NCBI GenBank assembly: GCA_964541635.1
Contig: CAZIQM010000001.1
Location: 5,852 to 69,851, forward strand
Direction: 5' to 3'
From: an uncultured Candidatus Peribacteria bacterium
GTDB taxonomy: Bacteria > Patescibacteriota > Gracilibacteria > Peribacterales > Peribacteraceae
DNA length: 64,000 bases
How positions within the stretch are numbered: the first letter of the stretch is position 1; every line of letters begins with the position of its first letter. Under the pieces are notes generated by a model. That model was not told where the DNA came from. It did no database searches and saw only the letters and a list, made by a program, of their open reading frames with translations. Both the position numbers and the translations under genes were made by a program. This document shows, one piece after another, positions 51,701 to 58,205 of the stretch.

Positions 51701-54700
51701 GCCGTACCAATAGACGTTCCCTTTTTTCGTGAGGAGCGGATCAGACCCGCCCGAGAGCTCGTCGAGCTGTTTGGCCATGCGCGCGCTCGCGTCTTTGTAG
51801 AAGTTTTCGGCACGCTGCAATGCCAGGAGATCTTCGTACACGATGTACGCTTCCGCAGCGGCACCGGCGAAGAACAGCATGTTTCGCGCTGCGGGGGAGC
51901 TCATCCACTTCGCGAGGAGCGATTCTTCCGTTTTGAGGAGCGGACGTCCGGCATTCGGACCCGGCGAGACCGACGGGCCGCGCCGGCCGCCGACGACGCG
52001 GATGTTCGACGTGCTTACCCGACCGAACGCGGATCCCCCTTCCGCCGCCGCGGCACCCATGCGCGTCAGCCCCCGTCCTCCGGTTCCGAACTTGGCCACC
52101 GTCTCCGTCACGTCCCCGCAGATCCCGGACCGCAGAAGCGTGCCGGCTTGCTCCAGCGAGAAGATTCCGTTTTTCGTGAGGATCGACATTTTCGCCTCCA
52201 TCGTGGCGGCCACGTGCGCTTCCCAGATCGCGGCCCGTTGGGCCGGCAAGAGCTCGAACCGCAGCCCGAGCAATTGGCGGGCGCCCGTCACGCGCAACGC
52301 GTGCTCCGCGGCGATCGTTTCGTCCAGCACCCGCTGGAGCGCCGTCAGGTGATCGCCGCGCGCGCCCTTGAGCGCGTCGGCAAGCGCCGGATCGAGACCC
52401 TTGCGGAGCTCGCCCAGCTCGACGGCGTACTTCGCGTCATCGAGGCCCTGCATCGTCCGCAGCTTCTCCAGGGCACCCTGCGCGCGTTCGGTACGGCCCG
52501 CGAGCGTGCCGATTTCACCGAACGTTTCCCGTCCGATGTCCGTGCCCAGGTATTCCTGGATCCTCGCCTGCGCGTTCGCGCGACGGACCTGCAGGCGCGA
52601 TCCTCTCATCACTTTCTCCAGTTCCTCCACGCGGGCCTTGGCGGCCGTCGCTTCCGCCCTGGCAACCCGGGCTTCTTCCTTGGCCGCGGCAGATTCCGTC
52701 TTGGCCGCGGCGGCTTCCGCCTTCGCCGCCCGCGCTTCCGCCTGCGCCGCTTCGACCTGCGCTTGCGCGATCTCTTCCACCGTTTTGGGAGCGCCGAAGA
52801 CCGCGTTCTTGCCCGCCGTCCACGCCTTGCCCATCACCCACTTCGTGCCCTTCCAGGCGACGGCGCCGAACACCGCGCCGCCCGCCGCCACGGCGAGCAG
52901 GAGGAGCGCGATGTCCATCTGCGCGTCGCCGAACTCGTGGTAGAACCTCTCCATGTCGAGGTGCGTCCCGACGATCGTGTTGAAATCGCCCAGAAGCACT
53001 TCGTACTCCTTGGAATAGTTCTCCCAATCAGCCTTCAGCGTCTGGAACGTCTGCACGTAAATGCCGCGCATGCGCTCCATCTCCTCGGGCGTCAGTTCCG
53101 ATCGAACTTGTTCGGGCGTGAGCTTGTCGATGGGCACCTTGCCGAACCGTTTCTGCAGCCGCTGCCGCACGGACGCGATGAACGCCGTGGAATCGGCATC
53201 GACCTCCGGCAGCCCCGCTTTCCCGTCGACGTCGACGAGTTGCTCCGGGAGCAGCACCGGCGAGTCGATGAGGCCCTTCGCCGTCGCGACCGACACTTTC
53301 AGCTTGTCGATGCCGGAGCGTTCGCGGAACCTCCGGATCGCTTTTTCGATCGAATCCTGCTTCTCTTTGATCTTTTCCCAATCTTCCTTCTCCAGTTGTT
53401 CGACCGGCCGCCCCGTCTTGGGGTCGCGCGGCCAACCGACCGCGTCGTAGATGCTGCCGTCTTCGGCGTTCGAATCGAGGATCCACGACTTCATTTGCTG
53501 GCGCAAATAGTCGCCGCCGAGCATGTCGGGAAGCGTCGGCACCCATGCCGTCTCCACCCCCGCCACGCGATCCGCGAACCACGTCATGTTCGGCCTGACC
53601 CGCCCGTTCCACACGGTTTCCGCCTTCTCGGCGATGCCCACGCGCAGCACCCCGCTCTCGACGCGTTGGAGATGCGTATCGACCGCCGCAATGCCTCCCT
53701 TCGCCTGCATCTGGAGCCATTCGCGGTACTTTTGTATTTCGGGATCGTCTTTCAGCGGGAGCGGTTCACGCTGCGCCGTGTCCGTTTCGGCATCTTGCCC
53801 GATGTGGTGGCGCATGAACGACAGCTCCGCGCGCAGGATCTGGTACCCGCCCATCATCCCGCTGATGCGCGCGAGACGTTTGACGTTCTCTTCGGAATCC
53901 GCGCGAAGACCCTCGAGCGCCGTGTTCTTCCCCTCGAGCAACCGCAGGTCGAGTTGGTACTGGACGTAATCGTACGGTTTCCCGTCGACGTTCAACGACG
54001 GGTCTTCCTGCAGCGCGGCGTTCGCCTCGTTTTTCGGGATGGGTTTCTTGCCGATCCTGTCGAGGATCGGGTCGGCCCGCTTCACGCGTTCCGTCGCCTC
54101 GGGGATTCCCTGGCCTTTGCCCACCTCCCGGTAGCGATCCATGATGCGTTTGTACTGCTCTTTCTGCACGTCCAAGAGGACGCGGAACGCCGGCAAAATG
54201 CCTTCTTTGTTGTTTCCCGGAACGTCGGCGTCGGTGCAGAGCAGCAGCTTCAAAATCTGCCGATCCGCTTCCGTTTTTTGCTGCGGCGTCGCGTTCGGAT
54301 TGCGCGCGATGGCCATGCGCTTCTCGCTGGCCTGCGTCAGCATCGCGAGATGCTCCATGACGATCGCGTCTTCCCCCGTGCTCGCGCCGCGTCCCACGTC
54401 ACGGAGCTTTTTGTATTCCTCGACCAGGTCCATGTAGATCGTGAGTCCTTTGGCGAGGCTTTCCTTCGTCGAGGCGCGCATCTGCGCCGCGACGAGCGAG
54501 CGCGTCTCCGCCGGCGTGGGACTCCGTTTCTCGGCGTTGATTTTGGACACGATCCTCGACGCCTGCATGCGCTCGACGCCGGCGTGCAATTCCCCGTACA
54601 TCTCGGCCAGCGACACCGTGCCGCGCGGATCGCGCAATTCCCTCTTCATTTCCTCGGTTTCGTACTCTTCGCGTTGCGCGTTCCACGGCTCCGCGGACGG

Positions 54701-54832
54701 CTGGTACCGACCGATGACCGAACGCGCCCGATCGACCGTGTTGGGAATATCCAACGACTTCTTCACTGACGGCGCCCCTTCGGCGGGCCGGGATTCTGGA
54801 GCCGGTGTTGGTGTCGGTTTTGGGAGTTCCAT
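48737..54832 (-). CDS. giant orphan membrane protein (2031 aa), mostly helical, with a central TM helix followed by an Ala/Glu/Lys coiled coil
   Basis: Uninterrupted, protein-like ORF. The ATG at 54832 lies 4 nt after the upstream stop. TM helix MDIALLLLAVAAGGAVFGAVAW (about 52853-52918), then AQAQVEAAQAEARAAKAEAAAAK.... No catalytic motif recognised. Confidence 0.85.
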   Translation of the reverse strand: MELPKPTPTPAPESRPAEGAPSVKKSLDIPNTVDRARSVIGRYQPSAEPWNAQREEYETEEMKRELRDPRGTVSLAEMYGELHAGVERMQASRIVSKINAEKRSPTPAETRSLVAAQMRASTKESLAKGLTIYMDLVEEYKKLRDVGRGASTGEDAIVMEHLAMLTQASEKRMAIARNPNATPQQKTEADRQILKLLLCTDADVPGNNKEGILPAFRVLLDVQKEQYKRIMDRYREVGKGQGIPEATERVKRADPILDRIGKKPIPKNEANAALQEDPSLNVDGKPYDYVQYQLDLRLLEGKNTALEGLRADSEENVKRLARISGMMGGYQILRAELSFMRHHIGQDAETDTAQREPLPLKDDPEIQKYREWLQMQAKGGIAAVDTHLQRVESGVLRVGIAEKAETVWNGRVRPNMTWFADRVAGVETAWVPTLPDMLGGDYLRQQMKSWILDSNAEDGSIYDAVGWPRDPKTGRPVEQLEKEDWEKIKEKQDSIEKAIRRFRERSGIDKLKVSVATAKGLIDSPVLLPEQLVDVDGKAGLPEVDADSTAFIASVRQRLQKRFGKVPIDKLTPEQVRSELTPEEMERMRGIYVQTFQTLKADWENYSKEYEVLLGDFNTIVGTHLDMERFYHEFGDAQMDIALLLLAVAAGGAVFGAVAWKGTKWVMGKAWTAGKNAVFGAPKTVEEIAQAQVEAAQAEARAAKAEAAAAKTESAAAKEEARVARAEATAAKARVEELEKVMRGSRLQVRRANAQARIQEYLGTDIGRETFGEIGTLAGRTERAQGALEKLRTMQGLDDAKYAVELGELRKGLDPALADALKGARGDHLTALQRVLDETIAAEHALRVTGARQLLGLRFELLPAQRAAIWEAHVAATMEAKMSILTKNGIFSLEQAGTLLRSGICGDVTETVAKFGTGGRGLTRMGAAAAEGGSAFGRVSTSNIRVVGGRRGPSVSPGPNAGRPLLKTEESLLAKWMSSPAARNMLFFAGAAAEAYIVYEDLLALQRAENFYKDASARMAKQLDELSGGSDPLLTKKGNVYWYGDKVSIDASALDPTTEKTAANWRLGIDSTSMLAFLASGLGWEGPPGWIALGVIVTLHSAVSAWEKNSYYEFVRRCPAWILAHLGGTTPTINQQEEHLLGDSYVDFVLDGLSTLNLKEAKDVEIRKKLFFALFLREMKTHAPSEYGVIAAQFGGPADRMQEFFEGDFQTHVLPFYATHMFVDGHRADVGMSFIDGLNTQRGYNPNSDWFMQDIEPKRLAEALRGAGKAYATHLQEKQFLQVSADAKGERDPVIRELLEARRYELGSKVVLHTRLLDVEGELAKNGGKTRTELLMARFRETLLKAGGGPDATWEDVMDSGRTTGGGPNTFRETPMKVDGKTDTIAARRFSYDRDFDVSTAGIAGTEKLGKDGAIRFSDGGVRDPETTCVPDINRAIPAIEPMMGADAYPQLRTERRQLMEQHNVVSAEHSRLRFLERYVFWRSRAELADANVAATQTDVDAKKKTVETLDAEITRFRRERPHDVPYTGNLDEATTALAKANEQLARAKEAAARSRVDFDAYRAEYGADACAAYDKETLSDIYASFRADLSMFLLDLSHCERETKRFVGTEKQLESRTTEASARAVALWARDTFQFRESNGELAEVLKDKGGRVPTLVASDTFDAEDVRAFKELLAFPVQADSHYLSREKIYAVHCQKMVEADNTVRYLVTFVYSSDPLSLGDDPEHAGNGKEPSYVQIAGIRSEGSGYLEVGLPVLGNPLVRLPEEKRSLFLREIVAQRAAQGEKKDVELLKGTSRAERMFRAGERPGVLTQIDRSTWGVRLGEGKDSRLVLLRQNATGGWETVSIATPRTTSREVSARDWADSFERLRVNNGRVGGERRISEEEKRYGEELEEKAAAEETVGAWQPASSDLLGLFNDKAKIAPLPPEVLDAVDPVPRFDNAAVEGAIRTKLDQYYRALGNPDLHLEPGNLRKITVAVGAAVEARREKFAAITTEIDVHNLIQEAIFDAQKKLGPAVMPPAVGDIFAYIH

Positions 54833-54836
54833 CGGT

Positions 54837-55403
54837 TCAGGGCAACAATTCGCCGGTTTCCCCGCCGTAGGTATTGGGGAGCTGTTCCGCCGCGCCGTTC
54901 GCGGCGTTGCCGATGGCTTCGGCCGCCGTGTCGGCGCCCAGCTTGCCGTACAAGTGCGATATGCCGAGCTTCGAGAACAATCCTTCGATATCACCCGCCA
55001 GGTAGTACGCTCCCCCGATCGCCGCCGCGGTCAACGCCAAGAGCCCTATGGACGTCAGGACGGGATGCCGCTTGAAGGACCGCCATGTCCATCGAAAAGG
55101 CGCGGTCACGACGTTCTTCGTCCAACGCCACGTGGTTCCGAGGAGCGTTTCCTTACGGGCGAATTCCTGCTGGTGCAAACGATACGTTCGTTCGACGGCT
55201 TCCGAACTGCCGTTGAGTCCGTACTTGTGCAATTCTTCGACGATTTCCTTCTGCTTGAGGTTCGAATCCTTCAAGGTCCGAAGCACCTCCGGGCCGTAGG
55301 CCCGCTCGAAGTGTTCGTCGAGCTCTTCGATCGTTTCGACGTGGGGAACCTCGACGATGGACAGGTTCTTCTTTTTCGTCGCCTGTTTCTGTTGGGAGCT
55401 CAT
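54837..55403 (-). CDS. single-pass membrane protein (188 aa)
   Basis: MSSQQKQATKKK..., with TM helix VLTSIGLLALTAAAIGGAYYLAG. The start lies 1 nt after the upstream TAA. Confidence 0.7.
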   Translation of the reverse strand: MSSQQKQATKKKNLSIVEVPHVETIEELDEHFERAYGPEVLRTLKDSNLKQKEIVEELHKYGLNGSSEAVERTYRLHQQEFARKETLLGTTWRWTKNVVTAPFRWTWRSFKRHPVLTSIGLLALTAAAIGGAYYLAGDIEGLFSKLGISHLYGKLGADTAAEAIGNAANGAAEQLPNTYGGETGELLP

Positions 55404-55404
55404 A

Positions 55405-55818
55405 TTACGCGATGGAAATGGAAGCATTCGTGTTCAGGATGTCGCGGCGGATATGGGAAAGTCCCACGACGCCCTCGACGTCTTCGTCGTCCGCGCACGC
55501 GGACAAGAGTTCGCGGATCATGTGCGTCACGCCGACCGCGCCGATCGTGAAGAACAATTCCGGCAGTGCGTCCTGCGGGATGTCCTTGATGGTTTGCGGA
55601 TCGATCTTCTCGCCCCTCACGGCCTTCTGCACGAAATCCCGCAGGTCCGGGAACGCATCGAAGCGCGCCATGCCCGCGCGGACCTTCAGCACGTCGGCGT
55701 CTTCGTAGGCCGTGCCGTTCTCCTCCTCGACCGTCCACCCCTCGCGGAGCGTCTCGGGCAACGAGGAAAAGACTGCGGACTCGGCCGCGGTGAGGTAGAG
55801 GGTGGTGTGTGTAGCCAT
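55405..55818 (-). CDS. small acidic hypothetical protein (137 aa), first gene of the giant-protein operon
   Basis: The ATG at 55818 lies 6 nt downstream of a TATACT box. Confidence 0.7.
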   Translation of the reverse strand: MATHTTLYLTAAESAVFSSLPETLREGWTVEEENGTAYEDADVLKVRAGMARFDAFPDLRDFVQKAVRGEKIDPQTIKDIPQDALPELFFTIGAVGVTHMIRELLSACADDEDVEGVVGLSHIRRDILNTNASISIA

Positions 55819-55824
55819 CTCCCG

Positions 55825-55853
55825 AGTATACCCGATTTTACGTAAAAATTCAA
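55825..55853 (-). promoter_or_regulatory. near-consensus promoter giving a leaderless transcript
   Basis: The minus strand reads TTGAAT-N17-TATACT-cgggag-ATG. Confidence 0.6.
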
Positions 55854-56800
55854 CGTTTCAGCGCTTCCCGAAGCGCCGACTCGCCGTTCCCGATATCGGC
55901 CAGCGCCTGCGTTTGGCCATCCGGGCGTCCGAACCGTGCCGAAACGGTCGAAATCTTGTCTCCCGCCGCTTGCGGGACGCTCGACAGCGGCACGCCCGCC
56001 GCCGCGGCCGCGAGCGCGCCGTGGAAACGTTCGCACACGCAATGCGACGCGGTGGCGAGGAGAGACATCAAATCGTCGACGGTGCGGATCGTCCGGACGG
56101 ACGCTTGCGGATACGTCCGGCGCAACGCCTCCACCGCTTTCCTCTCGCCCGGATCATCGGGCTGGAAGAGCGCGATGACCACGTCCACGTGCCGGAGGTT
56201 CGTCGCGTGGGATTCGAGCGCGGCCAGGAAATTCTTCCCCGAGTTGTGACGCGGGATGAGGACGTAGGAGTTGTCCGGTCGGTACGCGCGTTTCTTGGCG
56301 AGGAACAGCGCGAAAACGGGATCGAACGCCAGCACGACGGACGCGCGCTTCGACCATCCGGCGATGCGCGCGAACGAGGCGTCGTCGCGCACCGAGACCG
56401 TCGTCGCCATGCGCACCACGCGTCGCGCGATCCACTCCCCCGCCGCGGTCCTGAACGGACCGATCCCTTGGAATGCGAGATGTACCGGCACGCCGAACAT
56501 CCGCGCCGCGGCTGCGTGGATCCCCCACACGACGCATGCCTTCGGCGATTCGATGTCCGTGAAGAGGGTCCCCCCGCCGAACACGACGGCGTCCGCGCGA
56601 CGGATGGCCCCGAGCGTCTTCATCCACGGCGTGCCGACGAACGACCGGATTCCCGCGGGCAGGCGCGGCAACTCCCCTCCTCCCGGATGCGCGGACAGGA
56701 CCGTCCATTCGACGCCGGAGTACGCGCCCAGGAAATACTCCTTCAGCGCCTCGTCACCGAAATTCCCGACCCCGTAATTGCCGATGAGGACGGCGTTCAT
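55850..56800 (-). CDS. csaB: polysaccharide pyruvyl transferase (CsaB-like)
   Basis: LIGNYGVGNFGDEALKEYF...ADAVVFGGGTLFTD...GVPVHLAFQGIGP are typical PS_pyruv_trans motifs. Confidence 0.8.
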   Translation of the reverse strand: MNAVLIGNYGVGNFGDEALKEYFLGAYSGVEWTVLSAHPGGGELPRLPAGIRSFVGTPWMKTLGAIRRADAVVFGGGTLFTDIESPKACVVWGIHAAAARMFGVPVHLAFQGIGPFRTAAGEWIARRVVRMATTVSVRDDASFARIAGWSKRASVVLAFDPVFALFLAKKRAYRPDNSYVLIPRHNSGKNFLAALESHATNLRHVDVVIALFQPDDPGERKAVEALRRTYPQASVRTIRTVDDLMSLLATASHCVCERFHGALAAAAAGVPLSSVPQAAGDKISTVSARFGRPDGQTQALADIGNGESALREALKR

Positions 56801-56817
56801 GCGACGATGGTATCAGG

Positions 56818-57297
56818 TCAAGCCGCCGGCTGCTCCGCCTTCTCCTCGGCCTTCGGCTCTTCGGGCGTCGCCTCGACGACCGGAGCATCTTCCTGCTGGG
56901 CCTGGATGTCCTTGTCGACCTTGAGGGCCTCGAATTCGCCTTCGTTCGTGAAGCGCTCGATCATGCGGGCGGACTTGCCCGTGCGGCCGCGGAGGAAGTT
57001 CAGGCGGGCGCGGCGGACCTTGGCGACCTTCTTCACTTCGATCTTCTCGAGGTTCGGCGAGTGCAGGGCGAACACCTTCTCCACGCCGATGCCCGACACC
57101 ACCTTGCGGACGGTGAAGGAACGGTCCGTCTGGACATGCCCCTTGTGGACACCGATGACGATGCCTTCGAAGATCTGCACGCGGGTCTTTTCGCCTTCCT
57201 GGATGCGTTCGTGGACACGCACGGTGTAGCCGGGCTGGATGTCCGGAACGCTGCGGAGGTAGTTTTTGGCCTGGGAATGGAGAACCTGGTGCGGCAT
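56818..57297 (-). CDS. rplS: 50S ribosomal protein L19 with an acidic C-terminal extension
   Basis: PDIQPGYTVRVHERIQEGEKTRVQIFEGIVIG...RRARLNFLRGRTGKSARM, plus about 45 extra residues. Confidence 0.93.
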   Translation of the reverse strand: MPHQVLHSQAKNYLRSVPDIQPGYTVRVHERIQEGEKTRVQIFEGIVIGVHKGHVQTDRSFTVRKVVSGIGVEKVFALHSPNLEKIEVKKVAKVRRARLNFLRGRTGKSARMIERFTNEGEFEALKVDKDIQAQQEDAPVVEATPEEPKAEEKAEQPAA

Positions 57298-57360
57298 ACA
57301 AAAGTGTGCGGAGAGCCTACAGAGGCGATCCTCCCCTGTAAAGGGAGATTCCGGACCCTC

Positions 57361-57948
57361 TTAGCGGGTCGCTTCCTCGATCTGCTTCTGCAGCTGGTTC
57401 AAGACCACCATGTGGCGCGGATCATTGAGGATTTCGATGACGAAACGGTCCTTCAGGCTCAGGCGGTAGAGGAAGTCCGCCTCGGAGAAGATCGAGTACT
57501 TCACGTACTTCATCTGCGGATCCTGGAGGAGCAAGGCCTCGATCACCTCCTTCTTCACGTCCCCCACGATGAGCAGGTCGACCTTCGATTCGCTGCTGAC
57601 GAAGGCACCCGCAAGGAGGATGAGCTTCACGTGGGGCAGGGCGCGCAGGCTTTGGACCAGGGGGCTCTCCCCTTGGACGGCCTTCGAGAACAAGCTGCGC
57701 AAATCCTGGTAGAGCGGGAACTCGGTATCGACGTGGTAGTACTTCTTGCGGTTCTTGTGGCGCGCCTTCACCAATCCGATCTTCCGAAGGTTCTCGAGCT
57801 CGCGGCGGATGCTGTTGATCTGCTCGTTCAGGAGACGCGTCAGCTCACGGATGAAGTACTCCTCCTCCGGATGAAGGAGGAACGTGGAGAGCAATTTGAC
57901 CCGAGTTTGGGAGCTGAAGAGGGACTTCAGCACTGCTGCGGAGGACAT
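57361..57948 (-). CDS. winged-HTH (ArsR/MarR-like) transcriptional regulator with a nucleotidyltransferase-like C-terminal domain
   Basis: LFSSQTRVKLLSTFLLHPEEEYFIRELTRLLNEQINSIRRELENLRKIGLV. The ATG at 57948 is preferred over the GTG at 57969. Confidence 0.75.
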   Translation of the reverse strand: MSSAAVLKSLFSSQTRVKLLSTFLLHPEEEYFIRELTRLLNEQINSIRRELENLRKIGLVKARHKNRKKYYHVDTEFPLYQDLRSLFSKAVQGESPLVQSLRALPHVKLILLAGAFVSSESKVDLLIVGDVKKEVIEALLLQDPQMKYVKYSIFSEADFLYRLSLKDRFVIEILNDPRHMVVLNQLQKQIEEATR

Positions 57949-57960
57949 ATGAGCACAAGT

Positions 57961-57976
57961 AGTATTCACGAATACT
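57961..57976. promoter_or_regulatory. perfect 7-2-7 palindrome (candidate operator)
   Basis: AGTATTC-ac-GAATACT, 13 nt upstream of the regulator ATG. A further TTGTG-tt-CACAA lies at 58004-58015. Confidence 0.45.
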
Positions 57977-58140
57977 GGATAAGTGCAAGGAATTTACTCA
58001 AGTTTGTGTTCACAAGAGTTATTCATAAAATATGGCTTATTTCCGAGGAAAAACACAAAAAAATTGCCTAAAAATCGCAATGTTTGCACAAATTTTGTAT
58101 TCAGTATTTTGGCCGCTTGTAGCGGCGTTCCCAGGACCAC

Positions 58141-58171
58141 GCTTCCCCCCGTGATCGACGCGGGGGGAAGC
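58141..58171 (+). promoter_or_regulatory. very stable 5' hairpin upstream of the membrane-protein gene
   Basis: GCTTCCCCCCG(TG)-atcga-(CG)CGGGGGGAAGC gives 11-13 bp with no following U tract. Confidence 0.5.
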
Positions 58172-58205
58172 ATTGAGAAAATGGCTCATTTCTGCTATAC
58201 TTATG

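Noticed and set aside
47954-54769. 2271-aa plus-strand ORF, the longest in the track
   Set aside because: It is antisense to lepA and to the 2031-aa minus-strand gene. The composition is extreme (Arg/Ala/Gly/His-rich, low complexity), with no motifs. This is the classic GC-driven shadow ORF. The minus-strand frames carry the recognisable proteins.
58173-58205. TTG start of the 629-aa track ORF
   Set aside because: The TTG lies in the 3' flank of the stable hairpin. ATG codons at 58206 and 58212 give a canonical signal peptide (MHTHTLRRVTASLSAIVAGVIVPSVTFAQ).
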